Below, piece by piece: positions 53,902-61,413 of a stretch of 61,413 nt of DNA; the first letter of the stretch is position 1; the number at the start of each line of letters is the position of its first letter. A program made the position numbers and the translations under genes. The DNA is from an uncultured Woeseia sp. (GTDB lineage Bacteria > Pseudomonadota > Gammaproteobacteria > Steroidobacterales > Woeseiaceae). Below the pieces are notes generated by a model. The model had not been told where the DNA came from. It made no database searches and saw only the letters and a program-made list of their open reading frames with translations. The stretch covers positions 1 through 61,413 of the forward strand of contig CAZWEW010000001.1 of the NCBI GenBank assembly GCA_964633055.1. Reading direction: 5' to 3'.

Positions 53902-55188
53902 ATGAAATCCGATATTTCGGTGATGTTGGAACGGCGTAGCCGCTCGCTCGGGTCGGCTTACCGGCTGTTTTATGAACAACCTGTTCACATCGTTCGCGGC
54001 GAAGGTGTTTGGCTGTACGACGCAGATGGTAACCGCTACCTCGACATGTACAACAATGTGCCGCACGTGGGTCATTGTCACCCACATGTCGTTGACGCCA
54101 TGGCACGGCAAATTGCCACGCTTAACACGCACACGCGCTACCTTCACGATAACGTACTCGACTACGCGGAAAGGTTGACGAGCAAGTTTCCTGGCGAACT
54201 CGATACGGCGATGTTCAGCTGCACCGGCAGTGAAGCGAATGAGTTGGCGCTCAGGGTCGCAAGAAGCTGCACGGGCGGGACTGGGATCATCGTCACCGAC
54301 TTCGCCTACCACGGCAACACCAAAGCAATCTATGAGATTTCGACGGAAGATATTCCAGCGGACCAGATGCCAGATCATGTCGTGACGATCCCGAACCCCG
54401 ACGTCTATCGCGGCGCATACCGAGGCGAGGATGCTGCTCTGCGCTATGCCGACTCGGTGCATGAAGCGCTGGCATTGCTTGACAGTCGTGGCATCAGGCC
54501 GGCGGCACTGGTAATCGACACGATCCTCTCTAGTGGTGGTGTCGTCGCGACGCCGCCCGGTTATCTTTCGCGGATGGCCGACATAGTGAGGTCGGCCGGC
54601 GCCCTGTTCATTGCCGACGAGGTACAACCCGGCTTTGGTCGGACGGGGACGAATTTCTGGGGCTACCAGGTTGACGACTTCGTGCCGGACATCGTCACGA
54701 TGGGTAAACCCATGGGCAACGGCCACCCACTCGCCGCTACGGTGACGCGCCGCGAACTCATCGAGCGTTTTTCCGCGGATGCACATTACTTCAACACCTT
54801 CGGAGGAAATCCGGTGTCCTGTGCCGCCGGTCTCGCCGTGTTGGATGTCATCGAAAACGAAGGATTGCAGGCGAGTGCTCTGTCGGTGGGACGTTATCTG
54901 ACGGAAGGGCTGTCCCGACTTGCGGAGATGCACGAGTGCACCGGCGACATCCGCGGTGATGGGCTTTTTATCGCCGTCGAGGTCGTTTCGGATTTCGAGA
55001 AGCGCACGCCTGATGCGACGCAGGCGAAAGCACTGGTCGAGGGCTTGCGCCAACGGGGGGTGCTGATCGGACGCATCGGTGTCGATGGCAATGTCCTAAA
55101 GTTGCGTCCGCCCATGGTGTACAACAACGAAAACGCCGATTTATTTCTGAATATCCTGGATGAAACGTTGAAAGCGTCTCGTCCATAA
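53902..55188 (+). CDS. Class III PLP enzyme, AGXT2L / phospho-lyase-like subgroup
   Basis: Trimmed to ATG 53902, giving 428 aa. The motif [19 protein letters not shown] resembles the ethanolamine-phosphate / phosphohydroxylysine phospho-lyase subgroup. The stretches [12 protein letters not shown] and [12 protein letters not shown] (the PLP lysine) are also present. Confidence 0.8.
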   Translation: MKSDISVMLERRSRSLGSAYRLFYEQPVHIVRGEGVWLYDADGNRYLDMYNNVPHVGHCHPHVVDAMARQIATLNTHTRYLHDNVLDYAERLTSKFPGELDTAMFSCTGSEANELALRVARSCTGGTGIIVTDFAYHGNTKAIYEISTEDIPADQMPDHVVTIPNPDVYRGAYRGEDAALRYADSVHEALALLDSRGIRPAALVIDTILSSGGVVATPPGYLSRMADIVRSAGALFIADEVQPGFGRTGTNFWGYQVDDFVPDIVTMGKPMGNGHPLAATVTRRELIERFSADAHYFNTFGGNPVSCAAGLAVLDVIENEGLQASALSVGRYLTEGLSRLAEMHECTGDIRGDGLFIAVEVVSDFEKRTPDATQAKALVEGLRQRGVLIGRIGVDGNVLKLRPPMVYNNENADLFLNILDETLKASRP

Positions 55189-55202
55189 ACTAAGGAGCCA
55201 AC

Positions 55203-57641
55203 ATGCTGAGGCGCACATTACTTATCCTCACGCTCTTCGGACTTGCCAGTTGCGGACAGGCACCGGCTGGCGGCGACAATATCTTTTCGCAACTGGGTGG
55301 TTATCAGCACCTGCCCGGGTTCTTCGACCTTTACTGGGACGATGATCAGGGTCGCCTGATTGTCGAAATCGACAAGCTCGAGGAGAAGTTTCTTTACCAG
55401 TCATCGATGGCGCGCGGCGTCGGGTCCAATGACATTGGCCTTGATCGCGGCCAGCTGGGCTCGACGAAAGTGGTCTGGTTCCAGCGTGCCGGTCCGAAGA
55501 TTCTGATGATCGAGGAGAATCTCGATTACCGGGCAGATTCCGGCAATCTGGATGAGCGCGCTGCGGTAGCAGAATCGTTCGCGATTTCCGTGATCTGGGG
55601 CTTCGAGGTCCTGGGTGAACGACAAGGCTCGTGGTTAGTGGACGCGACCGAATTCCTGATACGTGATGCGCATTCGATATCGCAGCGGCTCGCGAACATC
55701 GAAGAGGGCACGTTTACGTTGGATGCCTCGCGTTCAGCGATTTACATGCCGATGACCAAGTCGTTTCCGGACAATTCGGAGATGGAAGCAATCGTCACAT
55801 TCACTGGGCAGGCCACGGGCCGCTATCTGTCATCGGTCATTCCCGACCGGCAGACGGTGAGCGTACACCTGCACCATTCGTTCATCCGGCTTCCCGACGA
55901 TGGCTACGAACCCGTTCCGCTCGATCCCCGCTCGGGTTTCTTCGGTCGCACATTCCAGGATTACGCCACACCGGTTGGCGAATCGTTGCGGGTGAGTTAT
56001 GCGGCCCGGCATCGCCTGGAGAAAGTCAATCCGATGGCTGAAACGAGTGATGCTGTCGAACCGATCATCTACTACGTTGATCGTGGCGCGCCGGAGCCCA
56101 TTAGAACCGCTCTGATTGAGGGCGCCGAATGGTGGAACCAGGCGTTCGAAGCGGCAGGTTACCGAAATGCGTTCCAGGTTGAATTGCTGCCCGAAAGCGC
56201 GGATCCGATGGATGTTCGCTACAACATCATCCAGTGGGTGCATCGCGCCACCCGGGGCTGGTCCTATGGCAGCAGTATCGCCGACCCGCGGACCGGGGAA
56301 ATCATGAAAGGCAAGGTAACGCTCGGCAGCCTGCGTGTGCGGCAGGACTACCTGATTGCGGAGGGTCTGCTGGCACCCTACGACGATGAGGAGAAACCCG
56401 ACGCCATGTTGGACATGGCGCTTGCGCGGATACGGCAGTTGTCGGCGCACGAGGTCGGTCACACGCTCGGCATCCAGCACAACATGGCGGCGAGCACACA
56501 AGGCAGGGCATCGGTCATGGATTATCCTCATCCGCTGATCCGTATCGATGACGACGGCAACATCGACCTGAGCGACGCCTATGACGATGGCATCGGTGAA
56601 TGGGACGAGCGCGTCGTCCTCTGGGGCTATCAGGACTTTCTCGAGGGAGTGGATCGTCAGGCTGCCCGCGACCAGATCATGGCGGAGACCATCGATGCAG
56701 GCCTGGTCTATGTCAGCGACCCCGATTCGCGCCCGGTGTCCAGCTCAAACCCGCTTGGCAACCTCTGGGACAACGGCGCGGACTCGATCGAGGAACTCGA
56801 GAAACTCCTGCGAGTTCGCACCATCGCGATGCGGAACTTCTCGGCGGAGAATATCCGTCCGGGGCAACCGATGTCGAAGCTCGAAGAAGTGTTGGTGCCG
56901 ATCTACCTGTTGCATCGGTTCCAGCTGATCGCGGTTGGAAAGAATGTCGGTGGACACCACTGGACTTATTCGTTGCGGGGTGATGGCCAGGACCTGGCCA
57001 CACCGGTTGCGGCGGATCGTCAACGCCAGGCCATTGCTGCGTTGCTCAACACGCTGATGCCTGCTGTCCTTCGCCTACCGGACAACGTGCTCGAACTGAT
57101 CCCGCCGCGACTGCCGGGCAACCCGAAATCCCGCGAGACGTTTCCAACAAGCACCGGCAAGGTCTTCGAACCGATTGGCGCCGCAGAGAGCGCTGCGGCA
57201 CTGACGCTTGATGTGTTGCTCGAACCAACCCGCGCCGCACGTATGATTGCGTCCAGCGCACGCAACGCGACGATGCCGGGATTCGATGAGCTTTCCGACG
57301 ATTTGCTGCGCACGACTTGGTTTGCGAACAGGCAGGACGGCATCGATGCCGAGATCCAGCGCGCAGTCAATAATCTGGCGCTCGAACGTCTGATGATGCT
57401 GGCTGTAAACGAAGGCGCCGATGGTCAGGCGAGAGCGATCGCGCTCGACGCCGTGAATCGTCTCGAGGCTTGGCTTGCGTCATGGACAGCCAGCGAAATC
57501 GATACAGCGTGGCGCGCACACTATGCTTTTGGGCGCTTCCGGATTGAACAGATGAGGAATGATCCGGCGTCAATTGAACAGATACAACCGGTCACGGTAC
57601 CACCCGGCGAGCCCATCGGTTCAACGCTGGACTGGCACTAG
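55203..57641 (+). CDS. Lipoprotein zinc metalloprotease (DUF5117/DUF4953-type zincin)
   Basis: 812 aa. It has the lipobox LFGLASC and the HExxH motif in SAHEVGHTLGIQHN. The large N-terminal domain is typical of this family. Confidence 0.85.
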   Translation: MLRRTLLILTLFGLASCGQAPAGGDNIFSQLGGYQHLPGFFDLYWDDDQGRLIVEIDKLEEKFLYQSSMARGVGSNDIGLDRGQLGSTKVVWFQRAGPKILMIEENLDYRADSGNLDERAAVAESFAISVIWGFEVLGERQGSWLVDATEFLIRDAHSISQRLANIEEGTFTLDASRSAIYMPMTKSFPDNSEMEAIVTFTGQATGRYLSSVIPDRQTVSVHLHHSFIRLPDDGYEPVPLDPRSGFFGRTFQDYATPVGESLRVSYAARHRLEKVNPMAETSDAVEPIIYYVDRGAPEPIRTALIEGAEWWNQAFEAAGYRNAFQVELLPESADPMDVRYNIIQWVHRATRGWSYGSSIADPRTGEIMKGKVTLGSLRVRQDYLIAEGLLAPYDDEEKPDAMLDMALARIRQLSAHEVGHTLGIQHNMAASTQGRASVMDYPHPLIRIDDDGNIDLSDAYDDGIGEWDERVVLWGYQDFLEGVDRQAARDQIMAETIDAGLVYVSDPDSRPVSSSNPLGNLWDNGADSIEELEKLLRVRTIAMRNFSAENIRPGQPMSKLEEVLVPIYLLHRFQLIAVGKNVGGHHWTYSLRGDGQDLATPVAADRQRQAIAALLNTLMPAVLRLPDNVLELIPPRLPGNPKSRETFPTSTGKVFEPIGAAESAAALTLDVLLEPTRAARMIASSARNATMPGFDELSDDLLRTTWFANRQDGIDAEIQRAVNNLALERLMMLAVNEGADGQARAIALDAVNRLEAWLASWTASEIDTAWRAHYAFGRFRIEQMRNDPASIEQIQPVTVPPGEPIGSTLDWH

Positions 57642-57658
57642 GCAAGAGACAAATAACC

Positions 57659-57793
57659 ATGTTCGGACTACCGATTGAAACAACGCTGCTGGTCTTCGGA
57701 TTCCCTTTGTTCTGGATCATTTACACTGCCGTGTTCTTTTATCGCACGAGGCGCTGGCGCGACGACCGTGCGCAACAGGATGACGGGTCATGA
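57659..57793 (+). CDS. 44-aa single-pass membrane peptide, a putative symporter accessory subunit (not in the ORF track)
   Basis: My translation is MFGLPIETTLLVFGFPLFWIIYTAVFFYRTRRWRDDRAQQDDGS. It has one hydrophobic helix followed by a basic tail. Its TGA overlaps the symporter ATG (ATGA at 57790-57793). Confidence 0.55.
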   Translation: MFGLPIETTLLVFGFPLFWIIYTAVFFYRTRRWRDDRAQQDDGS

Positions 57794-59364
57794 GTGGCAC
57801 CGTTGTTTTGTTCCTGGTGCTTTACTATGTGGTCGTGCTCGGCATTGGTTATTGGGCGATGCGCCGGGGCGGAGGTGACGACCTCGAGGGCTTCCTGCTG
57901 GGTGGACGGCAAGTGGGACCGATGGCCACGGCACTCACGTTGCAAAGTACGTCGATGAGCGGCTACATGTTTCTTGGCGCCGGTGGGCTTGGTTACTCGC
58001 AGGGCTACTGGGCGATGTGGTTCGCTGCGGGCGACTTGGGTAGTGGCGTTCTGAACCTGTCGGTGCTGGGCAGGCGAATGCGTAAACTATCGCAGACTTT
58101 TGGTGCGTTGACGTCGATCGAGTACCTCGAGAAACGATATCCTTCGTCAGCGATCCGCCTGTTCGCGGGCACCTTGACGGTGTTCCTGCTCGGCTTCTAC
58201 GTCCTCGCCCAGATGATTGCGGGTGGAAAGGGCATGGCCCTCGTCACTGGTCTGCCTTATCCTGTCGCCTTGGCGATCGCGGTCAGCATCATACTGATTT
58301 ATACCTTCATGGGTGGCTACCTTGCGGTGGCTTATACCGACTTTTTTCAAAGCATCGTCATGTTGGTCGGCGTTCTGTGGATCGCCATCGCTGTACTCAT
58401 CGAACTCGGTGGATTGACAGCAGCGAATCATGCGATCGTGGAAATTGATCCGACACTATTGTCGATCTGGGGAAAGGGCCTAGGATTCGAAGGTCAATGG
58501 GGTGTTGCGCTGGGTGCAGTACTCATTTTTTCGATCGGCGTCCTCGGTTGGCCACACGTTGTGACACGACACATGGCAATGAGTCGCCCTGCAACAGCAC
58601 GCAAGGCCGGTATGTGGGCGATGGCCTGGAACCTGTTGTTTGTGCCGACGCCCTACCTGGTAGGTATTCTTGCTGTACTGATTTTGCCTGAACTCAGTGA
58701 TCCGGAGATGGCAATATTCGAGGTTGCCAACCTGCTTTTGCCCGCAGCGGTGACTGGCCTCGTGATGGCGGCGATAATGGCGGCCATCATGTCGACAGCC
58801 GATTCGTTGCTGTTACAGACTGGTTCGATCGCATCGAGAGATCTCTACGAACGGTTTATCAATCCGAAAGCGTCCGAGCGCCAGATGGTCATGGTCTCGC
58901 GCGGTCTCGTTCTGGCGATTGCAATGATCGGGTATGTTGTCGCCCTTTATGAACCGCCGACGGTCTTTGCGATCGTGATATTTGCAACGTCGGTACTCGG
59001 TAGCGCCTTCCTTCCGGCCTATTTCTGTGCCGTATGGTGGAAGAAGGCAAATACGGCCGGCGCGCTGTCCTCGATGATTGTTGGTGCATCGGTCGCGGTT
59101 GGCTGGGAAGTTACCGGCGTGGTTGAAGCCACGCAGGTCGCGCCAATGACCGCAGGTGTTGTGTGCTCGATTGTCACCATGATTGTCGTAAGCCTGTTGA
59201 CGCAAAATATCTCACCCGTACCGCATTCGATAATCGATGCGATGAACGACGCGCAGGCAGTCAACAGGATTCCGGAGGCTTTGCAGCGCGCAAGTGACAT
59301 GTCGCTGAGTCCGGAGTCCGGAGCCATCAATCGCAGACTCGATAACGAGGATCATGATGGCTGA
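57790..59364 (+). CDS. Sodium:solute symporter (SSS) family transporter
   Basis: 524 aa with about 13 TMs. The stretches GFLLGGRQVGPMATALTLQSTSMSGYMFLG and AAIMSTADSLLL are typical of the SSS family. Confidence 0.9.
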   Translation: MSGTVVLFLVLYYVVVLGIGYWAMRRGGGDDLEGFLLGGRQVGPMATALTLQSTSMSGYMFLGAGGLGYSQGYWAMWFAAGDLGSGVLNLSVLGRRMRKLSQTFGALTSIEYLEKRYPSSAIRLFAGTLTVFLLGFYVLAQMIAGGKGMALVTGLPYPVALAIAVSIILIYTFMGGYLAVAYTDFFQSIVMLVGVLWIAIAVLIELGGLTAANHAIVEIDPTLLSIWGKGLGFEGQWGVALGAVLIFSIGVLGWPHVVTRHMAMSRPATARKAGMWAMAWNLLFVPTPYLVGILAVLILPELSDPEMAIFEVANLLLPAAVTGLVMAAIMAAIMSTADSLLLQTGSIASRDLYERFINPKASERQMVMVSRGLVLAIAMIGYVVALYEPPTVFAIVIFATSVLGSAFLPAYFCAVWWKKANTAGALSSMIVGASVAVGWEVTGVVEATQVAPMTAGVVCSIVTMIVVSLLTQNISPVPHSIIDAMNDAQAVNRIPEALQRASDMSLSPESGAINRRLDNEDHDG

Positions 59365-59851
59365 GCGGCGGCAAGTCACCGTTATTCGAGGCACAATCAG
59401 CGAAACGGACGCGGTCTGCGTCGTCGCATCGCTGAGCGGTGATGTTGGCGCAACCGTCGAAATGGAGATGATTTATCCTTATTACCGTTTCGATGCGAAT
59501 TGCGCGGTACCAACGATGGCCGGCTGCAAGGACCTGTCGATGTTCTGTCTGGTTGATGCGGTCAACGGTTTGGGAGCCACGGCCGACAGTTTCGAGCTCG
59601 AGAAAGAATCTGTGACTTCCGAGCAGTTGCTGGGCGATGAGGTTGACCCTGATGATGCGGCGGCGATTGCCGTGCGGACCGTTTCGCACCGCCTGGGCAG
59701 GAAACTCCGTACGATTCGGTCGTTCAATGTCGAGGTACAGCCACGAGGCTTGGTCTACAAACGATTCTGGATTGTCAAAACGATTGACGTCCGCGTCATG
59801 GTAGACAGTACAAACGGCGGTTTGCACCCACTGACACTGAGGGCAGCATGA
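59354..59851 (+). CDS. Hypothetical cytoplasmic protein embedded in the symporter operon
   Basis: 165 aa. A GAGGA Shine-Dalgarno lies 3-6 nt before ATG 59354/59357. It overlaps the SSS gene by 11 nt, and its TGA overlaps the next ATG. It has no signal peptide, TM segment or recognisable motif. Confidence 0.55.
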   Translation: MMAERRQVTVIRGTISETDAVCVVASLSGDVGATVEMEMIYPYYRFDANCAVPTMAGCKDLSMFCLVDAVNGLGATADSFELEKESVTSEQLLGDEVDPDDAAAIAVRTVSHRLGRKLRTIRSFNVEVQPRGLVYKRFWIVKTIDVRVMVDSTNGGLHPLTLRAA

Positions 59852-61383
59852 TGAGCAAGGGTTTAACGATACTGGTTGTTACACTGGCGCTTTCCGCGTG
59901 TGATGGCTTGCCAAGCAGTGCGGATGGTATCGAGGTTGATACGATCTTTCACAACGGCAAGATTGCGACGATCGACGCCGGCCTGTCAATTCAATCTGCG
60001 ATTGCAATCAAGGACGACAAAATCGTCGCTGTGGGCGGCGAGCAACTCCTTACGGAGTTCGTCGCGCCAATCACGATCAACCTCGACGGCAGGTTCGTTA
60101 TGCCTGGTTTTATCGACTCTCACACGCATCTGCGCGGCCAGCCGCAACGGTATATTGACCTGACAGAAACCACATCGATCGAGGAGATCAAGGGCTTGGT
60201 CCGGAACAAAGTCGACGAAATCGGCACCGGCGAGTGGGTAACAGGTTATGGGTGGTCGGAGGATTTTATGGCCGAGCAGCGGCGGCCGCTTCGAGGTGAT
60301 CTTGACGAGGCTGCGCCCCAAAATCCCGTCATCCTGACTCGCGCAGGCGGTCACAGCGCCGTCGTGAACAGTGTTGCATTGAGACGCGCGGAAGTCGACG
60401 AAAACACCGAGCAACCCGAAGGCGGCGTTATTGAAGTCGGCGATGACGGAAGACTGAATGGTGTCATCCGCGAGCGCCAGGAAATTGTCGGGCATCTCGT
60501 GCCGGAATCGACCCATGAGGAAGTTCGCGGCAGCCTGGTTGACGTATTGAAGGATCAGTTATCGCATGGCATCACGAGTTTCACGCATGCGACCGGCTCC
60601 ATCGAGGCTTGGCCGGAGTGGCAGACCATCTATCGTGCGAATCGCGATGAATTGCCGCGTGGGTCGATCCAGATGTTCTGGGAAGGTCCGGAGGCGATGA
60701 CGGCCTTTGGACTGAAGTCCGGTGATGGCGATGAATACCTGCGTGTGGGCCCGATCAAAATCTTTGTGGACGGGGGATTCACAGGACCGGCTGCCTACAC
60801 AAAGGAACCATACAAAGGTGAGACTGAATATCGTGGCAAGCTCAGTATCGACCCGGAGGAGTTGACCACCACGATTCGGGAATTGAATGCTGCCGGATGG
60901 CAGGCGGGGATTCATGCTATTGGCGATGCGGCGATCGAACTGGTCGTCGATGAACTTACCATGGCGCTGGATGTGTTGCCTCGCGTCGATCATCGGCACT
61001 ACCTGAATCACTTTACTGTGATGCCTTCGAATGAAACGATGCAGAAGATGGCGGAGTACGGCATCGGCATTACCCAGCAACCCAACTTTACGTATACCCT
61101 TGAGGGTCGCTACGTCGACTATCTCGATGGCGATCGGGTCGAGCACAACAATCCGCTTCGCACCCCGATGCATCTTGGAATCCACCTCGCGATATCCAGC
61201 GATATTCTGCCAATCGGTCCGATGGTCGGCCTCTACGCTGCGGTCACACGCAAAGGCATGTCCGGGCGTATATTCGCGGAAGACGAAGCGATATCGATGA
61301 TGGAAGCACTACAGGCGTACACACTTTTCGGTGCATACCTGTCCTTTGAAGAGGGCACAAAGGGCAGCATCGAGCTGAAGTAG
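59848..61383 (+). CDS. Lipoprotein amidohydrolase-3 (YtcJ-like metal-dependent hydrolase)
   Basis: 511 aa. It has the lipobox LALSAC, the motif PGFIDSHTHL, HAIGD, and late His/Asp ligand contexts. It is an intact paralogue of the interrupted gene at 38100. Confidence 0.85.
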   Translation: MMSKGLTILVVTLALSACDGLPSSADGIEVDTIFHNGKIATIDAGLSIQSAIAIKDDKIVAVGGEQLLTEFVAPITINLDGRFVMPGFIDSHTHLRGQPQRYIDLTETTSIEEIKGLVRNKVDEIGTGEWVTGYGWSEDFMAEQRRPLRGDLDEAAPQNPVILTRAGGHSAVVNSVALRRAEVDENTEQPEGGVIEVGDDGRLNGVIRERQEIVGHLVPESTHEEVRGSLVDVLKDQLSHGITSFTHATGSIEAWPEWQTIYRANRDELPRGSIQMFWEGPEAMTAFGLKSGDGDEYLRVGPIKIFVDGGFTGPAAYTKEPYKGETEYRGKLSIDPEELTTTIRELNAAGWQAGIHAIGDAAIELVVDELTMALDVLPRVDHRHYLNHFTVMPSNETMQKMAEYGIGITQQPNFTYTLEGRYVDYLDGDRVEHNNPLRTPMHLGIHLAISSDILPIGPMVGLYAAVTRKGMSGRIFAEDEAISMMEALQAYTLFGAYLSFEEGTKGSIELK

Positions 61384-61413
61384 CGCCAGTGGGGGAGGCT
61401 GTGTATACGAGCC

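Noticed and set aside
1-61413. CRISPR arrays, tRNA/rRNA genes, insertion sequences, integrases, toxin-antitoxin or phage-defence gene sets
   Set aside because: No regularly spaced direct repeats were found. No intergenic gap has cloverleaf-like sequence. No ORF has transposase, integrase, nuclease or ATPase-defence hallmarks. Every gap over 150 nt was read and looks like promoter or terminator DNA.

Overview
This is a 61.4-kb, gene-dense chromosomal segment with about 50 CDS and few gaps over 150 nt. It looks GC-rich by eye and comes from a diderm, proteobacterium-like organism: it carries a TonB-dependent receptor, lipoboxes, Tct and Lol-like systems, and c-type cytochromes. I recognised no rRNA, tRNA, CRISPR array, transposase, integrase or phage gene. 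No ORF reads like a helix-turn-helix transcription factor.

Content is dominated by envelope-located scavenging of organic nitrogen and carboxylates:
- many amidohydrolases: D-aminoacylase-like, two YtcJ-like, an M20 carbamoylase-like enzyme, an agmatinase-like enzyme, GGT and a zinc metalloprotease;
- five aminotransferase-fold PLP enzymes;
- FAD amine/amino-acid dehydrogenases;
- transporters: 2x NhaC family, AI-2E, TctCBA, APC, SSS, and a 1113-aa TonB-dependent receptor.

An unusually large share of normally cytoplasmic enzyme families carry export signals, including five twin-arginine (Tat) leaders.

Items most worth follow-up:
1. A Tat-signal HD-domain protein sits directly upstream of a molybdopterin (XDH-family) large subunit that has no FeS or FAD partner gene anywhere in the window.
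2. A five-gene Lol-like module encodes a LolA-like protein, two FtsX permeases, an ABC ATPase and an OM barrel.
3. Two PLP enzymes carry Tat signals.
4. A 587-codon amidohydrolase gene is otherwise intact but interrupted by one in-frame TGA.
5. A translationally coupled DUF6152-YceI / YceI / unknown operon.
6. An unlisted 44-codon membrane ORF and an orphan 165-aa ORF are wired by overlaps into a symporter operon.

All calls come from reading motifs in the supplied translations and the DNA. No database search or computation was run, so family names are hypotheses to confirm with HMM or BLAST searches.
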